Source: Myxococcota bacterium (GTDB lineage: Bacteria > Myxococcota_A > SURF-8). From it: a stretch of DNA of 64,000 nt. Below, piece after piece: positions 38,482-47,203 of this stretch. Where the stretch lies: NCBI GenBank assembly GCA_965140415.1, contig OZ223209.1, positions 4,384,001 through 4,448,000 on the forward strand. The letters are read 5' to 3'. The stretch's first letter is position 1. Each line of letters begins with the position of its first letter. The notes under the pieces are model-generated. The model saw only the letters and a list, made by a program, of their open reading frames with translations. It did no database searches and had not been told where the DNA came from. The position numbers and the translations under genes are program-made.

Positions 38482-39924
38482 GTGATGGACGTGCGAACGA
38501 AAACTCTGATACTTCTCTTTGCATGGATGCTGCTGGCATATGGCTGCGGCTCGGATACGGACAACACACCGGGAGATTCGGATTCACTGACTCCCGCCGA
38601 TCAGGACTCCGATGTGATCTGGCCACCGGATGGCGATACGGATGACGATACGGATCAAGCCGGTTGCGAACAACTGGGCTGCGACAATGGCCGCTATTGC
38701 GACCCGCAGGACGGCTTATGCAAGGTCTGCACGGAAGATCGTCAGTGCGGCGACCCGGACCCGTTGACCGGCATTACGCCGCTTTGTCTGGATGGCGTGT
38801 GCAAAGATCTGGTCTGCTCCGGCGTGATCGAACCGGTTGCTCCGGAAGACGGCGCCTCGTTGCCGGTCGATCCGCTAGCCCCTAGTTTCAACTCCCAAGG
38901 GATTCTTTCGGTAGAAAACCGCCTGGTTTTCCCGATTGGCGTGCAGGGCATACACCCGGATAAATACGAACAGGTCAAAGGCTGGGGTGCGAACCTGGTT
39001 ATCAGCAATCGCGATTGCTGCCTGGATGTACGCGACTACAACTACCAGCTTGACACCGTGCTGGGTGATTTGGCCGGTGCTGGCGAGGCCGATCTGTTTG
39101 CGGCGGTACGACCGATCTGGCCGCCGGATTCGCTGAATCATCCCGATCAACTCTGGCTGATGAAATCGGTCCGCAATCGGAACAATCGGGTGCCGCTGCT
39201 CTTCTGGATGGGTGCGGATCGACCCGAAGCCGCCGGATTTACTTCCAATGTGGATGAGTTGGCCGATTTCGTTCGGGATTCCACCACCACCCATAAACCC
39301 TTCGCGGTGGCCGAAGATCCAGGCTTTGCCGTGGAAGCGGTTGAATCGTCTGCCGATTTATTGATCGCCACCATCGATCCGACGTCGGTTGCACCGGGTG
39401 CAGAAATCGCACGTGTTCGCGTGAAAACCGACAAGCCGATCTGGGCCAGAATTCCGGCTGCCGGTTTGTCCGCGCAGCGTCTTTACGCTTTAGCCATTCA
39501 CTGTCTGGCGGCGCAGGTCACCGGACTGATTTTCGAAGTGGACAACGAAGATTCCGCCTCTGCCATTCCCGATGCAGCGGCTCTACAATCCGCAATTCGG
39601 AAACTGCGTGACCGCACATCCTATTGGCTCTCGCAGCCGGTCAGCGGCCAGGTTGACGTGTCGCCGCAGTCGCCGGAAATCGGGCTACACGTCATTCACT
39701 ATGAAGGTAAAGTCTGGCTGGCAACGCTGGTCAATACCGGCACGACGGAGAAAACGCTAACCGTTACCTTGCAGACGGAAAAGCTCCCCTATTGCTATGG
39801 CGTGGAAGAAGAAGATCAACTGCTGCATCTGAACAAGGTGAAGGAACAAGAGATAATCTTACCTGCTAATGGCGTGCAGGTACTGCAATTCAGCGAAGCC
39901 GCCTCTCCCGGTGAGAGCCGCTAA
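38482..39924 (+). CDS. Lipoprotein with acidic linker, Cys-rich module and glycoside-hydrolase-like barrel
   Basis: Lipobox AYGC; D-rich tether; C-x-x-D-x-x-C module; FPIGVQG..GANLV..WMGADRP segment resembling GH-A-like TIM barrels. Confidence 0.6.
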   Translation: MMDVRTKTLILLFAWMLLAYGCGSDTDNTPGDSDSLTPADQDSDVIWPPDGDTDDDTDQAGCEQLGCDNGRYCDPQDGLCKVCTEDRQCGDPDPLTGITPLCLDGVCKDLVCSGVIEPVAPEDGASLPVDPLAPSFNSQGILSVENRLVFPIGVQGIHPDKYEQVKGWGANLVISNRDCCLDVRDYNYQLDTVLGDLAGAGEADLFAAVRPIWPPDSLNHPDQLWLMKSVRNRNNRVPLLFWMGADRPEAAGFTSNVDELADFVRDSTTTHKPFAVAEDPGFAVEAVESSADLLIATIDPTSVAPGAEIARVRVKTDKPIWARIPAAGLSAQRLYALAIHCLAAQVTGLIFEVDNEDSASAIPDAAALQSAIRKLRDRTSYWLSQPVSGQVDVSPQSPEIGLHVIHYEGKVWLATLVNTGTTEKTLTVTLQTEKLPYCYGVEEEDQLLHLNKVKEQEIILPANGVQVLQFSEAASPGESR

Positions 39925-39948
39925 CGGATCGAAAACAGGAGGAAAAGC

Positions 39949-40716
39949 ATGTTCGAATCCATCGTGCGAAAATTCTTGTATTATCCGTTGGTTTTAAGAC
40001 CGGATGCTCCCCTGCCCGCTTACGCGCGCGATGCCCGGGAAATATTTTGCGAAGCATCAGACGGAAACACGATCCACGGCCTGTATTGGCCCGCACGATC
40101 GGGACGACCGACGATCCTGTTTTTGCATGGCAATGCACAGTCCGTGTACGAATGGGCGCTGATTCGTGAAGAGTTGGAACCGCTGGATTGTGGCCTGTTG
40201 CTGATCGACTATCCCGGCTATGGAAAAAGCAGCGGACGCCCAAGAGAAGAATCCCTTTACGCCGCCGGAGAAGCCATGCTGAACTGGCTGTTGGAGGAAC
40301 AGTCCATTTCTGAAAACCAGTTGATTCTGTTCGGGAAATCCTTGGGCGGCGGCGTTACGACGAAACTGGCTCCCGGTCGTTGCTTACTTGGCGTGGTACT
40401 GGAATCCACTTTCCGTTCGATTCCTTCGGTAGTGGACAAACTCATTCCCATGCTGCCTGCGGATGCCGTATTCAAATCCGAACGCTATGCTTCGATAGAA
40501 CGAATCGACCACATCACAGCGCCGGTGCTGGTCGTTCATGGCGAAGAAGACGAACTGATTCCACTGGCGGAAGGCCAGGCCTTATTCGAAAAAGCCAACC
40601 CACCAAAAGACTTCTACCTTGTGCCCGGAGCCGGTCACAACGACGTGTCCATGATTGCAGGTGCCGCCTATGGAAAACGCCTGCGGCAGTGGCTGGACTC
40701 CATTTTCCCAGAATAA
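39949..40716 (+). CDS. Alpha/beta hydrolase (ABHD13/17/Bem46-like)
   Basis: LHGNA, DYPGYGKSSG, GKSLGG, HGEEDELIP and GAGHND motifs. Confidence 0.92.
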   Translation: MFESIVRKFLYYPLVLRPDAPLPAYARDAREIFCEASDGNTIHGLYWPARSGRPTILFLHGNAQSVYEWALIREELEPLDCGLLLIDYPGYGKSSGRPREESLYAAGEAMLNWLLEEQSISENQLILFGKSLGGGVTTKLAPGRCLLGVVLESTFRSIPSVVDKLIPMLPADAVFKSERYASIERIDHITAPVLVVHGEEDELIPLAEGQALFEKANPPKDFYLVPGAGHNDVSMIAGAAYGKRLRQWLDSIFPE

Positions 40717-40891
40717 GCGGATTAGCTGATTTCCTTTTACGTAGAACTGACTTGTCAACTCTGAGATGTAAACTTTTATTTGGAATTGTTTTTATTTAGG
40801 GAAGATTTCAGGTTCAATTGTTCTCTTTTAAGCGGGGACGGAGTTGTGGACAAACAATCGGTTCTTCGGAAAAAAGGGAGAAAAGCGGGTC

Positions 40892-41233
40892 ATGAGCACG
40901 TACACTGCACTGACGGAAAAAGGCGAATCATTTGAATTTTCAGGTGTTTTACTTGATGAAGAATTCGAAGAGCATCAGGTGGAAATCCGAACGCCCATCA
41001 ACACGGAAAGCGTTGCGTTGTACCGAACGGATGATGACAAGTATATTCTGACCATCCAGTTCCAGTTCGAGGAGATGGACCCGCATCATCATGAAATCCA
41101 TATCGGTAGCTCGCCACAGGAGATTCTGACTTCGCTGGGTTATCCCACCGATGCAACGAAGATTCTGATTGAAAGAGTGCTTTCCTCCTCCTCCTCCTCA
41201 AAAAGTGAGACGGAGGTCGTTGCCACGGCGTGA
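40892..41233 (+). CDS. Small acidic hypothetical protein
   Basis: GGGAG upstream; FSGVLL..LYRTDDDKYIL loosely resembles EXLDI-type domains. Confidence 0.6.
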   Translation: MSTYTALTEKGESFEFSGVLLDEEFEEHQVEIRTPINTESVALYRTDDDKYILTIQFQFEEMDPHHHEIHIGSSPQEILTSLGYPTDATKILIERVLSSSSSSKSETEVVATA

Positions 41234-41317
41234 GCTTTAAGAGTTACCATTCATAACGAGCGACGCTTTTTTGTAGCGGCGGAGCGTAAGTCGAAAAATA
41301 CTTTCGAATAACGGAAA

Positions 41318-41402
41318 GGTGGCGCGGGCTAAGCCGCAGGTTTGCCCGTGTTCAAGATCCACATGGGCAAGCTTCGTTTTTCTTCGCTTCGCCCATGCCA
41401 CA
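41318..41402. repeat. Inverted GGTGGC-type REP doublet
   Basis: GGTGGCGCGGGCTAAGCCGCAGGTTTGCCCGTG followed by the inverted CATGGGCAAG..CGCCCATGCCAC, between convergent genes. Confidence 0.7.
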
Positions 41403-41437
41403 TCCCAATTATTCGACAGATAGGGAACCTATGTCTT

Positions 41438-42862
41438 TCACGATGTAGGTTCTTCGTGTTTGTAGAGATCCGGATAGAGTTTTTTGGCGCAATCGGGACA
41501 GATTCCATGGCTGAAATCGGCTTTGCTGTGCTGGCTGATGTAGGTTTCGATCTGGTTCCAATAGCCTTCATCATCGCGAATTTTTTTGCAGGAAGCACAG
41601 ATCGGAATCAGACCGCTCAAGGTCTTGACTTCGCTAAGTGCCTGCTCTAACTGATCATTCTTTTCTTGAAGCGTTTTCGTACGCTGCTGGACCGTCTCTT
41701 CCAGCAGTTCCTTGTGTTCGATCAGTTTCAAATTGGCTTCTTGTAATTTCTGAGTTCGCAGCGCAACCAGATTGGATAACCGCCGATTGAAAACGATCAA
41801 CACGACAGTGATCATGATGGCCCCCAGACAAATCACTGCAATGACCACCAACAGTGTTTTAAGCCAGCCGTAATCCGGTTCCGGCTCATAGATGAATCCC
41901 TTTAACGAATAGTGCGGATCGATCATTCCGAGGCTGGCGCAGGTATCGGCAATATGCTTCCAGCGCCCGGCATTCATATGCCCGATTTCGATCAACTCAG
42001 GATGCAGTAAATTGAGCATCGATCTCGCTTCGTAGGTCAACAGCGCTTTCATGGAATCGGCTTCGAATTTCAGATGACCGGCGCTTTTATCCGTTTTGTA
42101 CTTCTCGATGATGTAGTTCGCCATCTCGTCGATATGCGTCATTGCATATTCCCAGCCCTGCAAACTGGCTTGTTTAAACGCTGCAACGATTTCCGGCTGA
42201 TTGTGTACGATGCTCTCGGTAGTAAATAAGGTATCCCCGTAGAAGTCGATACCGTAGCTGCGGGGTTGAATGACGGAAAATGGAATCCCTTTCTGCCGCA
42301 AATAGTAGGTCTGATCCGAAACGTAAGCGTGGTAGACGTCGGTTTTACCGTCGATCAAGTCGTTGATATCATAACTCAGATCAAGCCGCGTAAATTGATT
42401 GGCATCGATGCCTTCATTTCTGAATACCGCCAATAATTCAGCCGAATCAAACCCCTTTCTCAGCATCACCCGCTTTCCGATCATGCCGTCCGGACTCATG
42501 ATTCCGCTATTGCGCAACGCCAGAAAAACCGACGGGCTATGCTGAAAAATCACCGCCAGCGCCACAACCGGTTTGCCTTTTAAACGGTGAATCAGCAATT
42601 CGGAATTCGCCACACCGAACTCCGCTTTTCCACGAAGCACTTCTTCCACCGGAACGAGGCCGGGACCGCCCTCGATCAACTGTACATTCAACCCGGCCTG
42701 TTCGTAGAACCCCTTATGAACCGCCGCATAAAAACCGGCGAACTGGAACTGGTGTTTCCATTTCAATTGCAATCGTACAGTTGGATGCGCAGCACCGGCG
42801 TATGCCGTAATGGGAAAAAACAGCAACAGTAAAAATGTGGAAAACAGAATTCTGATCGGCAT
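41438..42862 (-). CDS. NMT1/THI5-like periplasmic binding domain sensor with TM, coiled coil and C-terminal Cys4 domain
   Basis: LQLKWKHQFQFAGFYAA..IFQHSP..DFYGDTLFT; tail LIPICASCKKIRDD..FSHGICPDC. Confidence 0.85.
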   Translation of the reverse strand: MPIRILFSTFLLLLFFPITAYAGAAHPTVRLQLKWKHQFQFAGFYAAVHKGFYEQAGLNVQLIEGGPGLVPVEEVLRGKAEFGVANSELLIHRLKGKPVVALAVIFQHSPSVFLALRNSGIMSPDGMIGKRVMLRKGFDSAELLAVFRNEGIDANQFTRLDLSYDINDLIDGKTDVYHAYVSDQTYYLRQKGIPFSVIQPRSYGIDFYGDTLFTTESIVHNQPEIVAAFKQASLQGWEYAMTHIDEMANYIIEKYKTDKSAGHLKFEADSMKALLTYEARSMLNLLHPELIEIGHMNAGRWKHIADTCASLGMIDPHYSLKGFIYEPEPDYGWLKTLLVVIAVICLGAIMITVVLIVFNRRLSNLVALRTQKLQEANLKLIEHKELLEETVQQRTKTLQEKNDQLEQALSEVKTLSGLIPICASCKKIRDDEGYWNQIETYISQHSKADFSHGICPDCAKKLYPDLYKHEEPTS

Positions 42863-42966
42863 GAAATTTTCCAGGTGTAAATGATAGACGGCACAGACTC
42901 CATCAATATCGGACATCATACCGCGAATATTCAACGATGGAAGTTAAAAACGCATGTTGCCAATAC

Positions 42967-42999
42967 AAAACGGCGGCCCGTTACCGGACCGCCGTCTTT
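42967..42999 (-). terminator. Terminator of the EEP gene
   Basis: ACGGCGG..CCGCCGT stem with an A-run on the + side. Confidence 0.65.
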
Positions 43000-43023
43000 C
43001 ATTTTAGATAAACCGCTTACAGA

Positions 43024-44184
43024 TCAGTTGTCCAACTGCAACTGGACCAGCACACCATAATGATCGGAATAGCGGCTGGCGATCTCTTCGCCTTCCACCG
43101 TAAGCGTGACTTCCTGATCCAGAATTCTCGCGCTGGTTGCCACGGAATTTTCCGGTGCATTCTTGAAGAATACGTGATCGATAATGTGATCGGCACGATC
43201 TTCACCGGTCAGCGGATTCTCCATGCACCAACTACAGGGCGAGGTATCGGATTTCGCATAAGGTGCAAGGTATCCGGCATCGGTGAATTTGGAGAAGTTT
43301 TCCGGCAACTCCGCCGAAACCTGCGCCGTTTCCGGTCCGCAGTTCATATCGCCCATCACCACCGACATGTTTTCACTGGACTGGGTCGTGACATACGCCA
43401 GCAGATCGTTGATCTGCGCCGCCTGTTCGTCACCCCAACTGTCATACTCGCCGCCATAACTGACATCCGACAGATTCGCGCTTAAATGCGTGCAGAACAC
43501 GGAAGCGGACACGGAATCGGTCAGGGCGATGTCGGCAGACAAGACCACGCGACGGTTCAAGGTCGAATCGAAGATCTTGTAGTCTTTATTGGTAAGTTGA
43601 TGCTTGGACAGGATCAGCAATCCGTTATGGCCTTCATAGGCAAACTGACCGGAACCTTCGCTGCTCTTGCAGATGGTCAGGATTTCGTCTACGGATTTAC
43701 CGATGTTGGCCACCACACAATTGGTGCATTCCTGCGACAACGCGCCGAATTCATCGCCACATTGGGCCAATACACAGGCGGTAATGTTTTCTGGCGCGAC
43801 ATCCGCACAATTGGCCGCCACACAGGTTTCCAGAGGATCGGCTTCCTCGTCGGTGCAGGAGGCTTCGCCTTCACCTTCCGACGCTTCTTCCAGGGTCATC
43901 TCATAGTAGGAGTATTCAAACGAAGGCTTGGCGCCTTCGATCAGCGACTTCGCCTGATCCTCGGTCCATACTTCTTCCAGGCAAATCACATCCGCATTCA
44001 CCGCGGCCAGGGCGTCGCCGATCAAGGCTTCGCGCTCCGGCGCGTAGGACACGTAGCCCGTAGCCAATCCCGCGTTGTAGGTGGCAAAACCGAAAATGGG
44101 ACCATCGACTTCGTCATCACCGCCACAAGCGACCAGAAGCGGCAGAATAACCAGCGAAACCAGCAATATCCAACGGTATTTCAT
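43024..44184 (-). CDS. Endonuclease/exonuclease/phosphatase (EEP) family lipoprotein with Cys-rich insert
   Basis: Lipobox LVAC; TYN, ADVICLEEVW, CTHL, GDMN, IDHVF and SDHYGV motifs. Confidence 0.88.
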   Translation of the reverse strand: MKYRWILLVSLVILPLLVACGGDDEVDGPIFGFATYNAGLATGYVSYAPEREALIGDALAAVNADVICLEEVWTEDQAKSLIEGAKPSFEYSYYEMTLEEASEGEGEASCTDEEADPLETCVAANCADVAPENITACVLAQCGDEFGALSQECTNCVVANIGKSVDEILTICKSSEGSGQFAYEGHNGLLILSKHQLTNKDYKIFDSTLNRRVVLSADIALTDSVSASVFCTHLSANLSDVSYGGEYDSWGDEQAAQINDLLAYVTTQSSENMSVVMGDMNCGPETAQVSAELPENFSKFTDAGYLAPYAKSDTSPCSWCMENPLTGEDRADHIIDHVFFKNAPENSVATSARILDQEVTLTVEGEEIASRYSDHYGVLVQLQLDN

Positions 44185-44390
44185 GAAACCCTCTCCTTTA
44201 TTTATACACAATCGTTCTTTAACCAGATTCAATTTCCCTGAAATTCTTTCCGGAAATCGAAACTTTACAAAAAAAGCCGTTTTGATACGAATCCTTCGAT
44301 CATTTCCTTTTACCAAAACAAAAGGATGACCAAATTCGTTATAATTCAAAACGACTTTTTAATCAAATCCAAACAATTCAAAGAACGGAG

Positions 44391-47048
44391 TTATTGCTCC
44401 ACACACCAGTTGATGACCTGGTATTTCACGCCATCGTCACGCTCGAAGTTGTAGACGAACATACCGAAATAGTATTCGTAGTCATTAAAATGACTACTGG
44501 GGATATCCCCTACGCTACCGGCGTAATCCGTCGACTCCGCCACGGCGATTTCGTAGATATTGGTATTGCTTAGACCAACGGTGCTTTCCACTCCTACACC
44601 ACCAACCGAAAATCCCGCCGAAACCTCAACCCCCAGGGTGCGAGCTTCGGACTGGGCGTTTTCTTTACCCATTGAAATAAAGGCTTCCGTGCCACCTGCC
44701 GAAGCTTCACCAATTGACAACAGCTGCTCCGAAGGATCCGGCGTCATCCAACCCGTATAGGTTGCCAGCAGCGCGTCGCGGGCATCTTTGTCCGGGTAGG
44801 TGCTCGGATCGCCGACTGTGTGAGTGAAGGTTTCCACGCCGATGTCGCGATAATCTCCGTTCTGCTCGTTGAAAGCCTTAACGGTTTTCTTAAAGGTATT
44901 GGTTTGCAGGGGAACGTCGATCGTCAACAGTGTACCAACCTTCGTCGGGTCTTCATGGGTGATGACTTCATACTGGAAGCGTTCGTATTCCGTTGCCGTG
45001 TAAATAACAAAGTCGCTCAGGTCATCCGGCGCCCAGTTCCCGACCCGCTTGACACCCGTACTGACGGTTTTCGTTTGAGTCTGAGTCTTGGTCAATTCCG
45101 TTTTCAAGGTCGTCGAAGCCTTTGCACTGACAATATTGAACGGATCGGAGGCTTCCACCGACATGGTGACGGAAGCGGACATGCTGATTTCATTGGATTC
45201 CGAACTGGATTCCGTCCGAACCTGCCCATAACCAACCCAGGTATTTCCCTTGTTATCCTGCGGAATGGAAGCCCAGCCAGGCGGCATGGCCATCGCCACA
45301 ACGATGCGCGGCTCGCTCATGGCCAGCCAGCTGTCACCCGTATATCGCACCACCATGCTGTCTCCGTCGAAATCCCCTAAACCGACCAAGGGTTGCACCC
45401 AGGTATCGAGCGGTAATGTTTCCGGCCAATCCCAACTCCATTCATCCTCCACTTCGAATTCATCATCTTTGAATGCAAAACGTTTGGCATCGAATCCTTC
45501 CACGACAATTTCATCTTCTCCGTAGGGCGGTTGTCCTTGAATCGTCTTGTATCGATAGTACATGGCGAATACATCGGCTTTGCCATCGCGGTCGTAGTCG
45601 CCGACATCCATGCGGAAACCGCTCGGCGTCCAATTCAGGCTGTAACGATCGGCATCGTTGACATTTTCCCACGATCCACTAAACGCCCGGTATTGCACAT
45701 ATCCCGAATCGTCGCGATCCGGACGAAAATAATACACGTACCAACCACGATCATTGTAATAGACATCATGAACGGCAATGAGTACATCGTCTTTGCCATT
45801 GCCATCGATATCGCCGGCTTCCAGTTGCAACGGTACGTTATGATCCCAGGTTCGATTCGGGCAATCCTCGATGTATTTTCCCTCTAAATGCACGAACTCG
45901 TTTAGTGCATCGTCGTAAACCCTTGTCTGTAAACGGCAATAACCGTTTCTGGATACCGCTCCGAAAGTCACTTCATCGATTCCGTCCCCGTCGAAATCGC
46001 CACACACTACGTTGGGTTTACCAACACTATAGTCGAAAAGTTCGTCGTCGCGATTATGCCAGTGATAAAGCTCGGTGTAGCCATCTACATGGTCATCCAA
46101 AGCCCAGGCCTGGGCAAACCAACGGTCTCCATCCCCGGTATCCGCCTTTTTATGACCGATGATAAAGATTTCATCCCGGTTGTCGCGATCCACATCACCG
46201 GCATCGACTTTAATTTCGGTAACACCGACTCCCGCTTCGCTATTGAAAGCCAATTTCGAGAATCCGTTTCCCGCATCATCGAAGGTCACCAGCACGCTGG
46301 CATACTGATACGTCCGGTAGCTGTCGTTATATTCGGCGATATCGATACGCCCATAGGTTCCAGCGAAGACGATTTCTAACCCGTCGTCATCGTCCAGATT
46401 GGCCAGTGCAAGATCCGCCGTTAGGTAAGAATCGAATTCGGGATTAAGCGGATCGACGGCAAACGGGGTTTTATCGATGGTGCCAATAATGGCAAAACCG
46501 GCATCCTTGTCGTCGATGATGGTAATCCGGGGATAATCGTAGCGATAGGTACGATCATCGTTTTCGTGGTCCGTGTACAGGCTGAGAATAACCATTTCAT
46601 CTTTGCCATCGGCATCGATGTCCCCTGACTTGATTTCCATCAAACGGCCATTCGGTTGGTCCGTCATCAAAAGATCGGTAATCTGTCCGATCTCTTCCCC
46701 CGGAGTTTCGCTGCCCTTGTCATCGCGAATGGTTGCGAAATAATCTTCACTGATTTGAGGCAGAAAGAAAACCGGCTCATCCACATCGATCAAGGTCGTG
46801 GTTTTACGCGCTAAAGGAGGGTATTCCAATCTCTGAACGGAGTCGCCATCGGTCGTATCCCCATCAGCGGAGTCGCCATCCGTGGCATCACCATCGGCGG
46901 CATCGCCATCGGCCAGATCTCCATCCGAGCTATCGCCATCCGACGCATCTCCATCCGTTGGATCGGAGTCGTCGTCTGAGCCACATGCAAAGCACGCAAC
47001 TGACATTATAAGTAAGATTGTAAATAGCACCTGTTGAAATCGAGTCAT
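44391..47048 (-). CDS. FG-GAP/VCBS-repeat lipoprotein with DGD tether and S/T-rich beta C-terminal domain
   Basis: Lipobox FAC; about seven GDxDGDGxD(E/D) repeats; C-terminal domain starting EPRIVVAMAMPP. Confidence 0.85.
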   Translation of the reverse strand: MTRFQQVLFTILLIMSVACFACGSDDDSDPTDGDASDGDSSDGDLADGDAADGDATDGDSADGDTTDGDSVQRLEYPPLARKTTTLIDVDEPVFFLPQISEDYFATIRDDKGSETPGEEIGQITDLLMTDQPNGRLMEIKSGDIDADGKDEMVILSLYTDHENDDRTYRYDYPRITIIDDKDAGFAIIGTIDKTPFAVDPLNPEFDSYLTADLALANLDDDDGLEIVFAGTYGRIDIAEYNDSYRTYQYASVLVTFDDAGNGFSKLAFNSEAGVGVTEIKVDAGDVDRDNRDEIFIIGHKKADTGDGDRWFAQAWALDDHVDGYTELYHWHNRDDELFDYSVGKPNVVCGDFDGDGIDEVTFGAVSRNGYCRLQTRVYDDALNEFVHLEGKYIEDCPNRTWDHNVPLQLEAGDIDGNGKDDVLIAVHDVYYNDRGWYVYYFRPDRDDSGYVQYRAFSGSWENVNDADRYSLNWTPSGFRMDVGDYDRDGKADVFAMYYRYKTIQGQPPYGEDEIVVEGFDAKRFAFKDDEFEVEDEWSWDWPETLPLDTWVQPLVGLGDFDGDSMVVRYTGDSWLAMSEPRIVVAMAMPPGWASIPQDNKGNTWVGYGQVRTESSSESNEISMSASVTMSVEASDPFNIVSAKASTTLKTELTKTQTQTKTVSTGVKRVGNWAPDDLSDFVIYTATEYERFQYEVITHEDPTKVGTLLTIDVPLQTNTFKKTVKAFNEQNGDYRDIGVETFTHTVGDPSTYPDKDARDALLATYTGWMTPDPSEQLLSIGEASAGGTEAFISMGKENAQSEARTLGVEVSAGFSVGGVGVESTVGLSNTNIYEIAVAESTDYAGSVGDIPSSHFNDYEYYFGMFVYNFERDDGVKYQVINWCVEQ
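46841..46960 (-). repeat. Coding tandem repeat, 15-nt period (DGDxx x8)
   Basis: DGDAS DGDSS DGDLA DGDAA DGDAT DGDSA DGDTT DGDSV. Confidence 0.85.
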
Positions 47049-47141
47049 GTGAGCCCCCTGCTCCGTTACCTAAAATTGAGTAGAAACAATGTGCTTGTAC
47101 CTAGTTTCTATACTAATCTTTCAAGAAAGTCCAAAAAATTG

Positions 47142-47173
47142 AAAAATCGGCCTCCTCCGTAGAGAAGACCGAT
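47142..47173 (-). terminator. Terminator of the acyl-CoA dehydrogenase gene
   Basis: ATCGGTCTTCTC..GAGGAGGCCGAT stem plus T-run on the minus strand. Confidence 0.65.
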
Positions 47174-47203
47174 CATGAAATACGGACCGACAAATTTGAC
47201 GTT

